Shown: positions 38,420 to 48,037, numbered from the stretch's first letter. The stretch is DNA of 64,000 bases from Thermodesulfobacteriota bacterium (GCA_965202785.1 OZ241855.1:1440001-1504000); one strand, 5' to 3'. Numbers and translations are program-made. The notes: generated by a model not told the origin, from the sequence alone.

Positions 38420-40654
38420 ATGAAAAAACTCATAATTGTATCCAACAGATTGCCGACGACTGTGCGGGAAGAGGAGGGGAAGCTTTCTTTTGAGCCGAGC
38501 GTTGGAGGTGTCGCTACGGGACTAAGCTCCTTGGATACCGATTACGAAAAATGCTGGATAGGATGGCCGGGGATAGATTACGGGAGTCTGTCCGGGGAAC
38601 AGATTTCGGAAATGGAGCGGCGGCTTGCAGAGGAAAACTTCTATCCCGTGGGTCTGAGCGCAGAAGAGGTAAAAGACTATTACCAAGGGTTTTGCAACGA
38701 AGTAATATGGCCTATCTTTCATTATTTCGTCCAGTACGGAACCTATAAAAAAGAGTTCTGGGAATCATACATCAGTGTGAACACCAAGTTCGCCGGCGCC
38801 ATACTCGATGTGGCGAGTGAAGGGGACTACATCTGGGTCCACGATTATCATCTGATGCTCGTCCCCGAGCTTGTGAAGAAGCAGCTGCCCAAATCAAGCA
38901 TCGGTTTTTTCCTGCACATACCTTTTCCGTCTTCCGAGATTTTCAGACTTATTCCGTGGTGCCGGGAAATAATACAGGGGCTTACTGGGGCTGATCTCAT
39001 AGGTTTTCACACTTTTGACTACGTGAGGCATTTTGCCGAAAGCGTAAGAAGGATACTTGGACACGAGCATTCTCTCGGAAGGTTTATAATCGGAGAAAGA
39101 GAGATAAGAACCGATACTTTTCCTATGGGGATTGATTACGAGAAGTTCTCCTCCGCACCAAAGAAACGAAGCATCCAGAAGAGAAAAGACGAATTCAGAG
39201 ACCTCTTGGGAGATGACCGGAAGGTTATCCTTTCCATAGACCGCCTCGATTACTCAAAGGGAATTCCGGAGAGACTGAGGGCATTTGATTTTTTCCTCGA
39301 GAAAAATCCCGAGCTTAGGGAGAAAGTGGTTCTTTTGCTTGTCGCCGTGCCTTCGAGAACAGAAGTGGTTCACTACAAAATACTGAAGAACGAAGTTGAC
39401 AATCTGGTCGGCGCGATAAACGGCCGCTACGACACTATCGGCTGGAATCCCATTCACTACATGTACAGATCTTTCGGTTTCGAGGACCTGATTTCCCTTT
39501 ACCTGGCGGCGGACATCCTTTTCATTACTCCCCTTCGCGATGGCATGAACCTGATTGCCAAGGAGTATGTTGCAGCAAGGCAGAATAAAGCCGGTGTGCT
39601 AATACTCGGCGAGATGGCGGGAACCGCACAGGAATTGAGCGAAGCAATAATCATAAACCCCAATGATTTAGAGTCCACTTCACGGGCACTCGAAACCGCC
39701 CTTTCCATGACCAAAACGGAGCAGAAAAGAAGGATGAAAGCAATGCAGAGTCGTCTCAGCAGATACGATATCAGGACATGGACGGCGGACTTCATGGAGA
39801 GACTTGATGAAACTAAGGAAAGACAGCTTAAGATGTTTGCCCGAAGATTCAGTCCGGAAATGACAGGCGAACTGATTGAAAAATACAGGGCGAGCAAAAA
39901 GTGTCTTTTCCTGCTTGATTACGACGGTTCACTTGTCTCATTCAAGAATAATCCGCAGGATGCGAAACCTGACCCGGAAATCTATTCCGCGCTTAGGGAA
40001 CTTTCCCTGAGGAAAAAAAACGAACTTGTCATCATAAGCGGCAGAGACAGAAATACTCTTGCCAAATGGCTTGGGGATGTGACAAACGGCCTTGCGGCCG
40101 AACACGGTCTTTGGATAAGGCGCGAAAGGTGGAAGATGTCCGATATCGCTCCGGAGGGATGGAAGGAAGAAATAAGGCCCATACTGGAAGTGTTTGTCGA
40201 CAGGACTCCGGGGTCGCTTATCGAGGAGAAAAATTTTTCCCTGGCCTGGCACTACAGGAAGGTTGACCCGGCACTCTCAATAGTGAGAGTAGGGGAGCTT
40301 AAGGACATGCTGTCGCACATAACCGCGAATCTGGAGGTCGGTGTGTTGGAAGGAAACAAGGTGGTGGAGATCAAAGGTTCCTTCATAAACAAGGGTAAGG
40401 CGGCTACTCAGTGGCTAAAAGCGAAGAAATGGGACCTTATCATATCCATAGGGGACGACTGGACTGATGAGGATATTTTTGAGCAGCTTCCCGAAGATGC
40501 CTATTCCATAAAGGTGGGCTTCGGACCGTCAAAAGCTAAGTACAGGGTCCGCTCAACCACCGAGGCGAGGGACCTTCTGTTTTCGCTGGTGGAGGCAACC
40601 CGCGAGATAGGGGACTTGCCTTCTGAAAGAATAAAGAACGGGAGACGGAAATAA
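38420..40654 (+). CDS. Fused trehalose-6-phosphate synthase/phosphatase
   Basis: VSNRLP, WVHDYHL, FLHIPFP, DRLDYSKG, DGMNL (GT20) followed by HAD motifs LDYDGSL and GDDWTDED. Confidence 0.96.
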   Translation: MKKLIIVSNRLPTTVREEEGKLSFEPSVGGVATGLSSLDTDYEKCWIGWPGIDYGSLSGEQISEMERRLAEENFYPVGLSAEEVKDYYQGFCNEVIWPIFHYFVQYGTYKKEFWESYISVNTKFAGAILDVASEGDYIWVHDYHLMLVPELVKKQLPKSSIGFFLHIPFPSSEIFRLIPWCREIIQGLTGADLIGFHTFDYVRHFAESVRRILGHEHSLGRFIIGEREIRTDTFPMGIDYEKFSSAPKKRSIQKRKDEFRDLLGDDRKVILSIDRLDYSKGIPERLRAFDFFLEKNPELREKVVLLLVAVPSRTEVVHYKILKNEVDNLVGAINGRYDTIGWNPIHYMYRSFGFEDLISLYLAADILFITPLRDGMNLIAKEYVAARQNKAGVLILGEMAGTAQELSEAIIINPNDLESTSRALETALSMTKTEQKRRMKAMQSRLSRYDIRTWTADFMERLDETKERQLKMFARRFSPEMTGELIEKYRASKKCLFLLDYDGSLVSFKNNPQDAKPDPEIYSALRELSLRKKNELVIISGRDRNTLAKWLGDVTNGLAAEHGLWIRRERWKMSDIAPEGWKEEIRPILEVFVDRTPGSLIEEKNFSLAWHYRKVDPALSIVRVGELKDMLSHITANLEVGVLEGNKVVEIKGSFINKGKAATQWLKAKKWDLIISIGDDWTDEDIFEQLPEDAYSIKVGFGPSKAKYRVRSTTEARDLLFSLVEATREIGDLPSERIKNGRRK

Positions 40655-41646
40655 TGGAGTTTGTAGAAATTGCCGGTACGGAAATAAATTCGTCGAGAAT
40701 AGGACTTGGTACTTGGGCGATGGGAGGGTGGCTCTGGGGAGGAAGTGACAGGAAGGAGTGCGTGAGAACGATATACAAGGCGTTTGATAACGGGGTTAAT
40801 CTGATTGACACAGCCCCTATCTACGGCTTTGGTCTTTCAGAAGAAATTGTGGGAGAAGCGGTTTCTGAAAGCGGGATGAGAGATGAACTGATAATCGCGA
40901 CGAAAGTGGGGCTTGAGTGGGAGAGGGGGGGAATATTCAGAAATTCCCTCCCGGAGAGGATACACAAGGAGATTGACGATTCCCTTAGAAGGCTGCGCAC
41001 CGACCGTATAGATCTTTACCAGATTCACTGGCCCGATCCTCTTGTCCCTGTTGAGGAAACCGCGCAAGCCATGGCGGAACTTATTGAAAGCGGAAAGATA
41101 AGAGCTGTCGGAGTAAGCAACTATTCGGTTGAGCAGATGGAGGTTTTCCGTTCCGTGTGCCCGCTTAACTCGAGTCAGCCTCCTTACAATCTTTTCGAGA
41201 GAGGAGTTGAGGATGACGTGCTTCCCTGGTGTGAAGAGCAGGGAGTTACCATGCTTCTCTACGGAGCTTTGTGCAGAGGACTTCTGGGCGGGAAGCTAAA
41301 AACCGACTCCGAGTTCCCGGGAGATGACATAAGAAATTTTGATCCCAAGTTTCGAAGGCCCGTCTACGATAATTACCTCAGTGCGGTTGAAAATCTGGGG
41401 GAGCTTGCCTCCGAGCGTTTCGCAAAGAACGTGCTTGAACTTTCCGTAAGGTGGGTTCTCGATAAATGCAAAAACGATATCACTCTCTGGGGAGCTAGAC
41501 GCCCGGGGCAGCTCGATGACCTTGCGGGCACCGTGGGGTGGACCATAGACGATGACTCTATGAATGAAATAGACGCAATACTCGATAGTTTCGTCCCGAA
41601 TCCCATAGGTCCGGAATTCATGGCTCCCGGCCCGAGACCTTTTTAA
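40654..41646 (+). CDS. Aldo/keto reductase
   Basis: GLGTWAMGG, DTAPIYG, ATKVG, DLYQIHWPD, GVSNY; TAATG coupling to the upstream gene. Confidence 0.94.
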   Translation: MEFVEIAGTEINSSRIGLGTWAMGGWLWGGSDRKECVRTIYKAFDNGVNLIDTAPIYGFGLSEEIVGEAVSESGMRDELIIATKVGLEWERGGIFRNSLPERIHKEIDDSLRRLRTDRIDLYQIHWPDPLVPVEETAQAMAELIESGKIRAVGVSNYSVEQMEVFRSVCPLNSSQPPYNLFERGVEDDVLPWCEEQGVTMLLYGALCRGLLGGKLKTDSEFPGDDIRNFDPKFRRPVYDNYLSAVENLGELASERFAKNVLELSVRWVLDKCKNDITLWGARRPGQLDDLAGTVGWTIDDDSMNEIDAILDSFVPNPIGPEFMAPGPRPF

Positions 41647-42308
41647 GCAAGGCTCTTTATGTCTTCAAGGCGGATTTCCGAAACACTTTTTCTGAACATG
41701 TCGGCCTGAGGATAATCTTCCGGGGCTATTCTCTGGTCGGGCACCCCGATGCAACGCATGCCGGCCTCTTTGGCTGACACTATACCGTTTATGGAATCTT
41801 CAATCGCAACGCATTCTTCGGGACTGACCCCGAGACGCCTTGCGGTTTCAAGGTATATGTCGGGGTGAGGCTTTCCTCTTTCCACGCAGTCTCCGGAGAC
41901 TTTTACTCTGAAAGTGCCAGAAAGAGAGAATTTCTTGAGAACAAACTCTATTACTTTCATCGGGGAGCCTGAAGCGAGAGCCGTTTTTATATGTCTCTCC
42001 GCACTTAGAATTTGAAGGATCTCGGGAATCCCGTCGACGAGTCTGAGTTCCTTTTCGTAAAGTTCGAGAAGGATCTTAAGACGGGTGCGAAGAATTTCCT
42101 CCGGGGATTCATCAAGGCCGAAAGTTTCTTTTAGAAGTTTTACGGAGTCTTTCTGGTTAAGACCCATTATCTTCTTTCTGTATTCCTTTCTGTAACTCTC
42201 GTTACCCGCAAATCCCTTTTGCTTGAGCATAATAGACTCACTTTTCTCCCAGAGGGGTTCGCTGTCTATTATGACTCCATCCATATCAAATATGACTGCT
42301 TTTATCAA
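41643..42308 (-). CDS. HAD family phosphatase (beta-PGM-like)
   Basis: IFDMDGVIIDSE, LASGS, KPHPDIY, IEDS; TTG at 42308 preferred because 42344 lies inside the upstream hairpin. Confidence 0.9.
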   Translation of the reverse strand: MIKAVIFDMDGVIIDSEPLWEKSESIMLKQKGFAGNESYRKEYRKKIMGLNQKDSVKLLKETFGLDESPEEILRTRLKILLELYEKELRLVDGIPEILQILSAERHIKTALASGSPMKVIEFVLKKFSLSGTFRVKVSGDCVERGKPHPDIYLETARRLGVSPEECVAIEDSINGIVSAKEAGMRCIGVPDQRIAPEDYPQADMFRKSVSEIRLEDIKSLA

Positions 42309-42327
42309 TGGACCGGATAGATGTTTG

Positions 42328-42361
42328 AAAACTGCCTTCCGCAAGACGACGGAAGGCAGTT
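42328..42361 (-). terminator. Intrinsic terminator after the malic enzyme gene
   Basis: Perfect 12-bp stem AACTGCCTTCCG/CGGAAGGCAGTT with 8-nt loop, ending in TTTT on the minus strand. Confidence 0.75.
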
Positions 42362-42404
42362 AACCGGAGGGTTGAGGTAATCTCGCAAAACGTTGGTTTT
42401 CTTT

Positions 42405-43673
42405 TTAGACCAGATCTTTTATCTTGTCTTCAAGAGACTTTTTATAATCATCAAGATCGATCTTGATTCTGGAAACGCCGGTTTCCATTGCGGCCTGCGC
42501 GACCGCGGCTGACTCCCATACCAGAACTCTGGGATCAAATGGTTTCGGGACTATGTAGTCCGGACCGAACTCAAATTTCTGGTTTCCGTAGGCCTCGGCC
42601 ACTTTATCCGGCACGGGCTCCTTTGCGAGCGCTGCGAGTGAGTATGCCGCAGCAACTTTCATTTCGTCGTTTATTTTTGTCGCTCTTACGTCAAGCGCTC
42701 CCCTGAAAATAAAGGGAAATCCCAGAACGTTATTCACCTGGTTCGCGAAATCGGACCGGCCCGTGGCGGTTATTACGTCGCTTCTGGCCTCTTTCGCCTC
42801 CGCGGGGAGTATTTCGGGATCGGGATTCGCCATGGCGAATATTATAGGATTTTTCGCCATGTTCTTGACGTCTTCCTGATTGATGGCTCCGCCGTTTGAG
42901 AGTCCGACAAACACATCAGCCCCGACCAGCGCGTCCCCTATGGTTCTTTTGTCCGTCTCGACAAGAAATCTTTCTTTCTGGGGGTTAAGCCCAGCGTTTC
43001 TTCCCTCGTAAATTACGCCCCTGCTGTCGCACATTATGATGTTTTCTCTTTTTGCTCCGAGTGATATGAAGAACTCGGCGCACGCGATTGCGGACGCTCC
43101 GGCGCCGTTAAACGCCATTTTGAGCTCGCTCATCTTTTTCCCGGTAATCTCACAGGCGTTAAGAAGTCCAGCGCCCGATATTATAGCGGTCCCGTGCTGA
43201 TCGTCATGAAAGACGGGTATGTCCATCTCTTCTTTCAGCTTATCTTCTATGTAGAAGCATTCAGGGGCTTTTATATCCTCGAGGTTAATACCGCCGAAAG
43301 TGGGCTCAAGGTATTTTACGGTCTTTATGAATTCATCGGGATCATCGGTATCTATTTCAATGTCGTAGGCGTCAACGTCTGCGAACTTTTTGAAAAGCAC
43401 CCCCTTTCCTTCCATTACGGGTTTCCCCGCTAGGGCGCCCAGATTTCCGAGTCCCAGTATGGCGGTGCCGTTTGAAGCTACCGCGACCAGATTTCCTCTG
43501 TTTGTGTATTCATAAGAGAGATCTTCATCCTTGTCTATTTCCCTGCAGGGCTCAGCGACTCCGGGGGAGTACGCGAGGGAAAGTTCCCAAGCCGTGTCAC
43601 AGGGCTTCGTCGGCAGGACTTCGAGTTTTCCTTTTCTACCGCTCCTATGATATTCAAGGGCGGCTTCCTTCAT
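42405..43673 (-). CDS. Malic enzyme (MaeB-like catalytic domain, no PTA domain)
   Basis: [48 protein letters not shown]; start at 43673 or 43694. Confidence 0.94.
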   Translation of the reverse strand: MKEAALEYHRSGRKGKLEVLPTKPCDTAWELSLAYSPGVAEPCREIDKDEDLSYEYTNRGNLVAVASNGTAILGLGNLGALAGKPVMEGKGVLFKKFADVDAYDIEIDTDDPDEFIKTVKYLEPTFGGINLEDIKAPECFYIEDKLKEEMDIPVFHDDQHGTAIISGAGLLNACEITGKKMSELKMAFNGAGASAIACAEFFISLGAKRENIIMCDSRGVIYEGRNAGLNPQKERFLVETDKRTIGDALVGADVFVGLSNGGAINQEDVKNMAKNPIIFAMANPDPEILPAEAKEARSDVITATGRSDFANQVNNVLGFPFIFRGALDVRATKINDEMKVAAAYSLAALAKEPVPDKVAEAYGNQKFEFGPDYIVPKPFDPRVLVWESAAVAQAAMETGVSRIKIDLDDYKKSLEDKIKDLV

Positions 43674-43737
43674 ATTTTTATCGCCTTCGCACATTTTTGG
43701 ACCGATCCTCCATCGGGTGTTTTAAAATGAAGAGTTA

Positions 43738-43765
43738 ATTATATACAGAGATAAATTTTGTGCAA
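43738..43765 (-). promoter_or_regulatory. Promoter of the malic enzyme gene
   Basis: Minus strand TTGCAC, 16 nt spacer, TATAAT. Confidence 0.55.
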
Positions 43766-43778
43766 TTGCGCCGGTAAA

Positions 43779-43994
43779 TCAGCAGCAAGAGCAGGACGAT
43801 TGCGGGCAGCTCCCCGAATCCCCACTCTCGGAAATTTCGAGATTCCCGTTGCTGCTGCCAAGGCCGAAAGTCGAAAACTGCTTTCCGATGTTCTCCGAGT
43901 CGCAAATCGTACATTTTATGATTTCGTCTGAATCAAGCACCAGAACTTCGAATTCCTCGCCGCAATCAGAACATTCATATTCGTATAAGGGCAT
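43779..43994 (-). CDS. FmdB family zinc-ribbon protein
   Basis: MPLYEYECSDCGEEFE...CTICDS, Cys-rich tail; GGAGG RBS. Confidence 0.9.
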   Translation of the reverse strand: MPLYEYECSDCGEEFEVLVLDSDEIIKCTICDSENIGKQFSTFGLGSSNGNLEISESGDSGSCPQSSCSCC

Positions 43995-44025
43995 TTTTAC
44001 CTCCAATTAACCGTAACAGGTATGG

Positions 44026-44068
44026 AATTATATACTTGATTGTACGGAGGGTAATCAAGTATATAATT
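44026..44068. repeat. Perfect 16-bp inverted repeat with 11-nt spacer
   Basis: AATTATATACTTGATT (44026-44041) and AATCAAGTATATAATT (44053-44068). Confidence 0.95.
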
Positions 44069-44198
44069 GCTGTTTTTATGCGAAGTCCAGAAAATATCTT
44101 TTACTTGCCAGCGCCGTAATAGAACATATTTTGATAACGGGGCCACCGCATCCCGTTTTTCCTGAATGCGTATCCCCGTAATTTTATATGGATCTGCC

Positions 44199-45029
44199 AT
44201 GTCGGATATAAATGAAGTTGGAGCAACAGCGTTTGCCGTAGCCTGTTACAGGGAAATGGAAAGAAATCGTGAACACCGCGTGTTCAATGACCCGTACGCC
44301 CACTGGTTTGTTACGGACGATATAAGGGAGAAGGTTGACCGGGTAACAAAAATTCTTCCGGAATCGGTTGAAATTCTCCGTTACCGCTTCTGCATACTGG
44401 ATGAAATCACAAGACGGGAGATTCAAGCCGGCATGAAACAGGTTGTCATACTCGGCTGCGGGTTTGACATGCGTTCCCTGGTCTTTCAGGCCGAGGGAGT
44501 GCGTTTCTGCGACATTGATCAGCAAGCCGTTCTGGAATTCAAGCACAAGGTTCTTGAAAGCCACGGCGTTACGCCATGCGCAAGCATACCATGCAATTAT
44601 CTTGAAGCGGACCTGCCGGAAGAACTAACCAAGGCGGGTTTTGACGTCAACTCTCCGATACTTTTTCTTTGGGAAGGAAACAGCATGTATCTTCCTCTTG
44701 AGCTGATCCACAGTTTCTTTGACAGTCTGTGTGCCAGGATTCCCTCGTTCAAAATCGCTTTTGACTACTATCCATTGAGCGTCATTAACAGGACCTACGA
44801 ATCCCCTGAGGTTGTTAGAGCAACTGATATGTTTCAAGAGACTTTCAAAGTGACCTGGGTGACCGGGTTTGATGACCTAAGCGTTTTTGAGAAGCGCCAC
44901 GGCATGAAGGTAGAGGAATCTAAGGAACTGCTGGAAGTCGGGAAACGAGTCGCCCCGGAAGCCGTAGATTCTGTTGCCGCTCTTGCCGGCGTGTACAGCT
45001 ACGGAGTCCTGGGCTACGGAGATGCGTAA
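44199..45029 (+). CDS. SAM-dependent methyltransferase (LCM/TcmP-like O-methyltransferase)
   Basis: GATAFAVA..R, DPYA, QVVILGCGFDMR, WEGNSMYL, FDY; ATG at 44199 preferred. Confidence 0.88.
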   Translation: MSDINEVGATAFAVACYREMERNREHRVFNDPYAHWFVTDDIREKVDRVTKILPESVEILRYRFCILDEITRREIQAGMKQVVILGCGFDMRSLVFQAEGVRFCDIDQQAVLEFKHKVLESHGVTPCASIPCNYLEADLPEELTKAGFDVNSPILFLWEGNSMYLPLELIHSFFDSLCARIPSFKIAFDYYPLSVINRTYESPEVVRATDMFQETFKVTWVTGFDDLSVFEKRHGMKVEESKELLEVGKRVAPEAVDSVAALAGVYSYGVLGYGDA

Positions 45030-45153
45030 TCCGAGATGTATGCAATCTAGATTTTGGTTGTTTCTGCTCTCTGTGCAGCGCGGGTCAGAAACATGCTGCT
45101 CCTAAAATAATCCGCATACAGAAGCTCTGTTTATGTGTGTTTCCGTAAGGCCC

Positions 45154-45909
45154 TTAAAACCTTTTCCAGAAATCTATTCCAATTGCGTCAAATATTTTCT
45201 GACCGTAGATATTTAAGTAGTGAATCTCGTTTGAAAACATCATTATTCCTATGATTACAAGTCCCGAGCCTATTGCGTACTTATAATACGGGTAATACCT
45301 TCTGACGCTTCTAAAAGATCTCATGGCGCCGTTAAACGCAAGACCGACCAGCATGAACGGTATACCGATCCCGAGTGAATAAACTGCGAGTAGCCCAACC
45401 GCGTTTAGCGTTCCTTCCACTGTGCTTGCGTAAAGGAGTATGGAACCGAGAATAGGTCCTACGCATGGCGTCCAGCCAAAGCCGAACGCCAAGCCGAGAA
45501 TATAAGTTCCGAGGAGATTTCCCCTTTCCCGAGGAAGAGAGATTTTACGTTCTTTCTCAAGAAACGGGATCTTTACGATCTCCATTACGAATATTCCGAA
45601 AAGGATTATGAATATTCCGGCTATTCTGAGTAAAAAAGTCTTGTTGCCAGAGATCATCCCCCCAAGCTGGGAGGAGAATGCGCCTAGGGAAATAAAGACG
45701 GTTGAGAATCCCAGTATGAAGATAAGACTTGGTACGACAACCCTTGAGAATTTGGGCAGGTTCCGAGTGTCTGAAAGATCCTCGTATGAAAGATGCGTTA
45801 CTACCGAAAGGTAGCCTGGCATAAGCGGAAGAATGCAGGGAGAAAGAAACGCAATCACTCCGGCGAAAAAAGAAGCAACTATTCCCACATCCAGAATTTC
45901 GGGATTCAT
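45154..45909 (-). CDS. ccdA: CcdA-type membrane electron transporter
   Basis: FLSPCILPLMPGY and FGWTPCVGPILG. Confidence 0.93.
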   Translation of the reverse strand: MNPEILDVGIVASFFAGVIAFLSPCILPLMPGYLSVVTHLSYEDLSDTRNLPKFSRVVVPSLIFILGFSTVFISLGAFSSQLGGMISGNKTFLLRIAGIFIILFGIFVMEIVKIPFLEKERKISLPRERGNLLGTYILGLAFGFGWTPCVGPILGSILLYASTVEGTLNAVGLLAVYSLGIGIPFMLVGLAFNGAMRSFRSVRRYYPYYKYAIGSGLVIIGIMMFSNEIHYLNIYGQKIFDAIGIDFWKRF

Positions 45910-46619
45910 GCCGGGTTTCTCTCCCCGTTGTTCTCGGTACGGATTTCTTGATCTTTCAAGAGAATTTGCTCCAGTCTGCGCGCGAGTTTGATGTCCCTTG
46001 TCATTATATCCTTTATGTTTATATCTTTTTCCTCATCAATATCCGAAAGTTCTCTCATGACGGCGTGGCGCAACCCATTCTCCCTCATGCGTCTTTCAGT
46101 TTCCTTAAATACTCGGAAAGTGCTCCATTGCACGTCCTGAAAAACCGCGTCCGTTTTTCTGCATAGCCCAAGGAGATAGTATCCCCCGTCAATTGCCGGC
46201 CCCAGGACCGCTTCGAATTTCCCTCCCGAAAGCAGCGAAAACGCGGTTTCCACATCTTCTTCTGTTATCATCACGCAGTCCGTGCCTATGATGACGACAT
46301 TTCTGAACCCAAGTGAAAAACACTTCGCAAACGCTTGGGACATTTTCTGCCCGAGAGATTCTCCATCCTGTACGAAGAAAAGTGCATCCCTGTCGCCTAG
46401 CCACTCAAAAATTTCCTTTTTCCTTTTCCCTGGAGTGTAGAAGAAAAAAGTTTTCCAGTTCTTCTGACCCGAGAAGGAGTCGGCGATGAAACTTGCCGTT
46501 TCACGGTAGAATTCCATGGCCCTCCGGTCACCTATGTCTTTTCCCAGACGCGTCTTTACTTTTTTCGTTTCCGGATACTTAAGAAAAACGATCAGGGCGT
46601 TATCGTTTCTTTGGGACAT
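45906..46619 (-). CDS. DUF2064 / TIGR04282-like arsenosugar-associated glycosyltransferase-like protein
   Basis: KVKTRL, QDGESLGQKM, IIGTDC, VLGPAIDGGYYLLGL, WST, LSDID; ATG at 46619 preferred. Confidence 0.85.
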   Translation of the reverse strand: MSQRNDNALIVFLKYPETKKVKTRLGKDIGDRRAMEFYRETASFIADSFSGQKNWKTFFFYTPGKRKKEIFEWLGDRDALFFVQDGESLGQKMSQAFAKCFSLGFRNVVIIGTDCVMITEEDVETAFSLLSGGKFEAVLGPAIDGGYYLLGLCRKTDAVFQDVQWSTFRVFKETERRMRENGLRHAVMRELSDIDEEKDINIKDIMTRDIKLARRLEQILLKDQEIRTENNGERNPA

Positions 46620-46636
46620 TCCGTAAAGCCTTGGAA

Positions 46637-47638
46637 TCAGGATATCGTCTGGCCGCCGCAACTGCTTCCGCCCCCGGCGGTGCAGCCGAAACAGTGAACA
46701 CCGAATCTTATCTTTCTCTTTGTTGCTTGCCGAAGGTCGAAATTGAATATGGTCAGTCCTCCGTTCCCGTTTCGGGCCTGCATCTCAAGCATCTGGTTAA
46801 AGTCGCAGTCGTAGATTTTTCCGTCGTAACTTACGCTTAGAAGGTTTCGGCACATTATGCCGTCGACCGCTTTGGGGTTGAAGGCGTTTACGAGTTTTTC
46901 AATGTATTCCTCGTAGGCGTTCTGTCTTTTCAGCTCCTTTTCGAACCTGTTGATCGGCATATTGGTAATGGTATATAGGTTATCGAACCGTATCCCGTAG
47001 TTCTTTTTGAGTTTCGCCTTAAAGTCCGCTTCAAGGCTCCTCTGGTCCGGGGGAAGAAAAGTCCCGACGGGGTTGTATACCAGATTTAGCTTAAGCTCTC
47101 CGTCTCCGTAGCCTTCTCGGTTAAGCATCCTGAGTGATTCTATGCTTTTTTCGAAAACCCCTTTCCCCCTCTGCTTGTCCGTGAAGTAGCTGCTGTAATA
47201 TGGAAGCGAGGATATGACCTCGACGCGGTTCTCAGCGAAAAACCTCGGTATGTACGTTTTTTCCTCTCCCGTCCGGGGGTTCCCGTCGAGAGTGACGGTC
47301 AGGTTGTGTCTTACCATCACGTGTTTGCCAAGACTTCTGGCTTCCCTTACGAAGTAGTCAAAATGGGGGTTTAGCTCCGGAGCTCCTCCGGTCAGGTCAA
47401 GGTTTTTTATGCAGTCGTTTTCGCCCAGTATTTCAAGACATCTCTCTACGCCCTCAATGCTCATCTGCTCACTTCTCCAGGGCGAAGCATCCACGTGACA
47501 GTGAGTGCAGGTCTGGTTGCAGAGCTTTGTTATGTTTACCTGCAGGGTTTCAACCGTAATGGGGTCGATATCGAGACCTTGGTCGATCAGTTTGCGGGAA
47601 AAACTATGATTGCTTGTCTTCATTTCTTCTTGGGCCAT
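46637..47638 (-). CDS. arsS: ArsS-like radical SAM protein (arsenosugar biosynthesis family)
   Basis: TLQVN..KLCNQTCTHCHVDA, DLTGGAPE, LVYNP, TNMPI.RF, YDCDFNQ, HCFGCTAGGGSSCGG. Confidence 0.88.
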   Translation of the reverse strand: MAQEEMKTSNHSFSRKLIDQGLDIDPITVETLQVNITKLCNQTCTHCHVDASPWRSEQMSIEGVERCLEILGENDCIKNLDLTGGAPELNPHFDYFVREARSLGKHVMVRHNLTVTLDGNPRTGEEKTYIPRFFAENRVEVISSLPYYSSYFTDKQRGKGVFEKSIESLRMLNREGYGDGELKLNLVYNPVGTFLPPDQRSLEADFKAKLKKNYGIRFDNLYTITNMPINRFEKELKRQNAYEEYIEKLVNAFNPKAVDGIMCRNLLSVSYDGKIYDCDFNQMLEMQARNGNGGLTIFNFDLRQATKRKIRFGVHCFGCTAGGGSSCGGQTIS

Positions 47639-47701
47639 GACGTATCCTTCGAGGGCTTCCGTTAGCTTGTTCCGTGGCAGTTTTTCTTCCCGTTTGTGTC
47701 T

Positions 47702-48037
47702 CTAGAGGGCACGGTTTTTTTTCAGCGTGTTGTGCATCTGGATTGCATGGATGAGCTTTATGCCGGCCGACATTGAGGCGGCGACATGTACGGCTTCAGT
47801 CATCTGCTCCGGGTCCGCTCCCGTCTCTAGGCACTGCGTAGTGTATGCGTCTATGCAGTAAGGACATTTTTCGGTATGAGCCACGGCCAGGGCTATGAGA
47901 GCTTTTTCCCTTTTCGTAAGCGCCCCTTCCTCAGCCGTTGCGGAGTTGTAGTACTCGAAAAACTTGTCCATGAGATCTTCTCTGAACTCCCCGATCTCGG
48001 GAAATCTCTTGAGATCTTCGGGGTTATAATAATCCAT
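47702..48037 (-). CDS. CMD/AhpD-like peroxidase-related protein associated with ArsS
   Basis: YYNPEDLKRF, EGALTKREKALIALAVAH..KCPYCIDAYT. Confidence 0.88.
   Translation of the reverse strand: MDYYNPEDLKRFPEIGEFREDLMDKFFEYYNSATAEEGALTKREKALIALAVAHTEKCPYCIDAYTTQCLETGADPEQMTEAVHVAASMSAGIKLIHAIQMHNTLKKNRAL

Noticed and set aside
43740-43781. Selenocysteine read-through of the TGA after the Cys-Cys tail of the FmdB protein
   Set aside because: No SECIS-like hairpin follows, and the downstream sequence looks like the malic enzyme promoter
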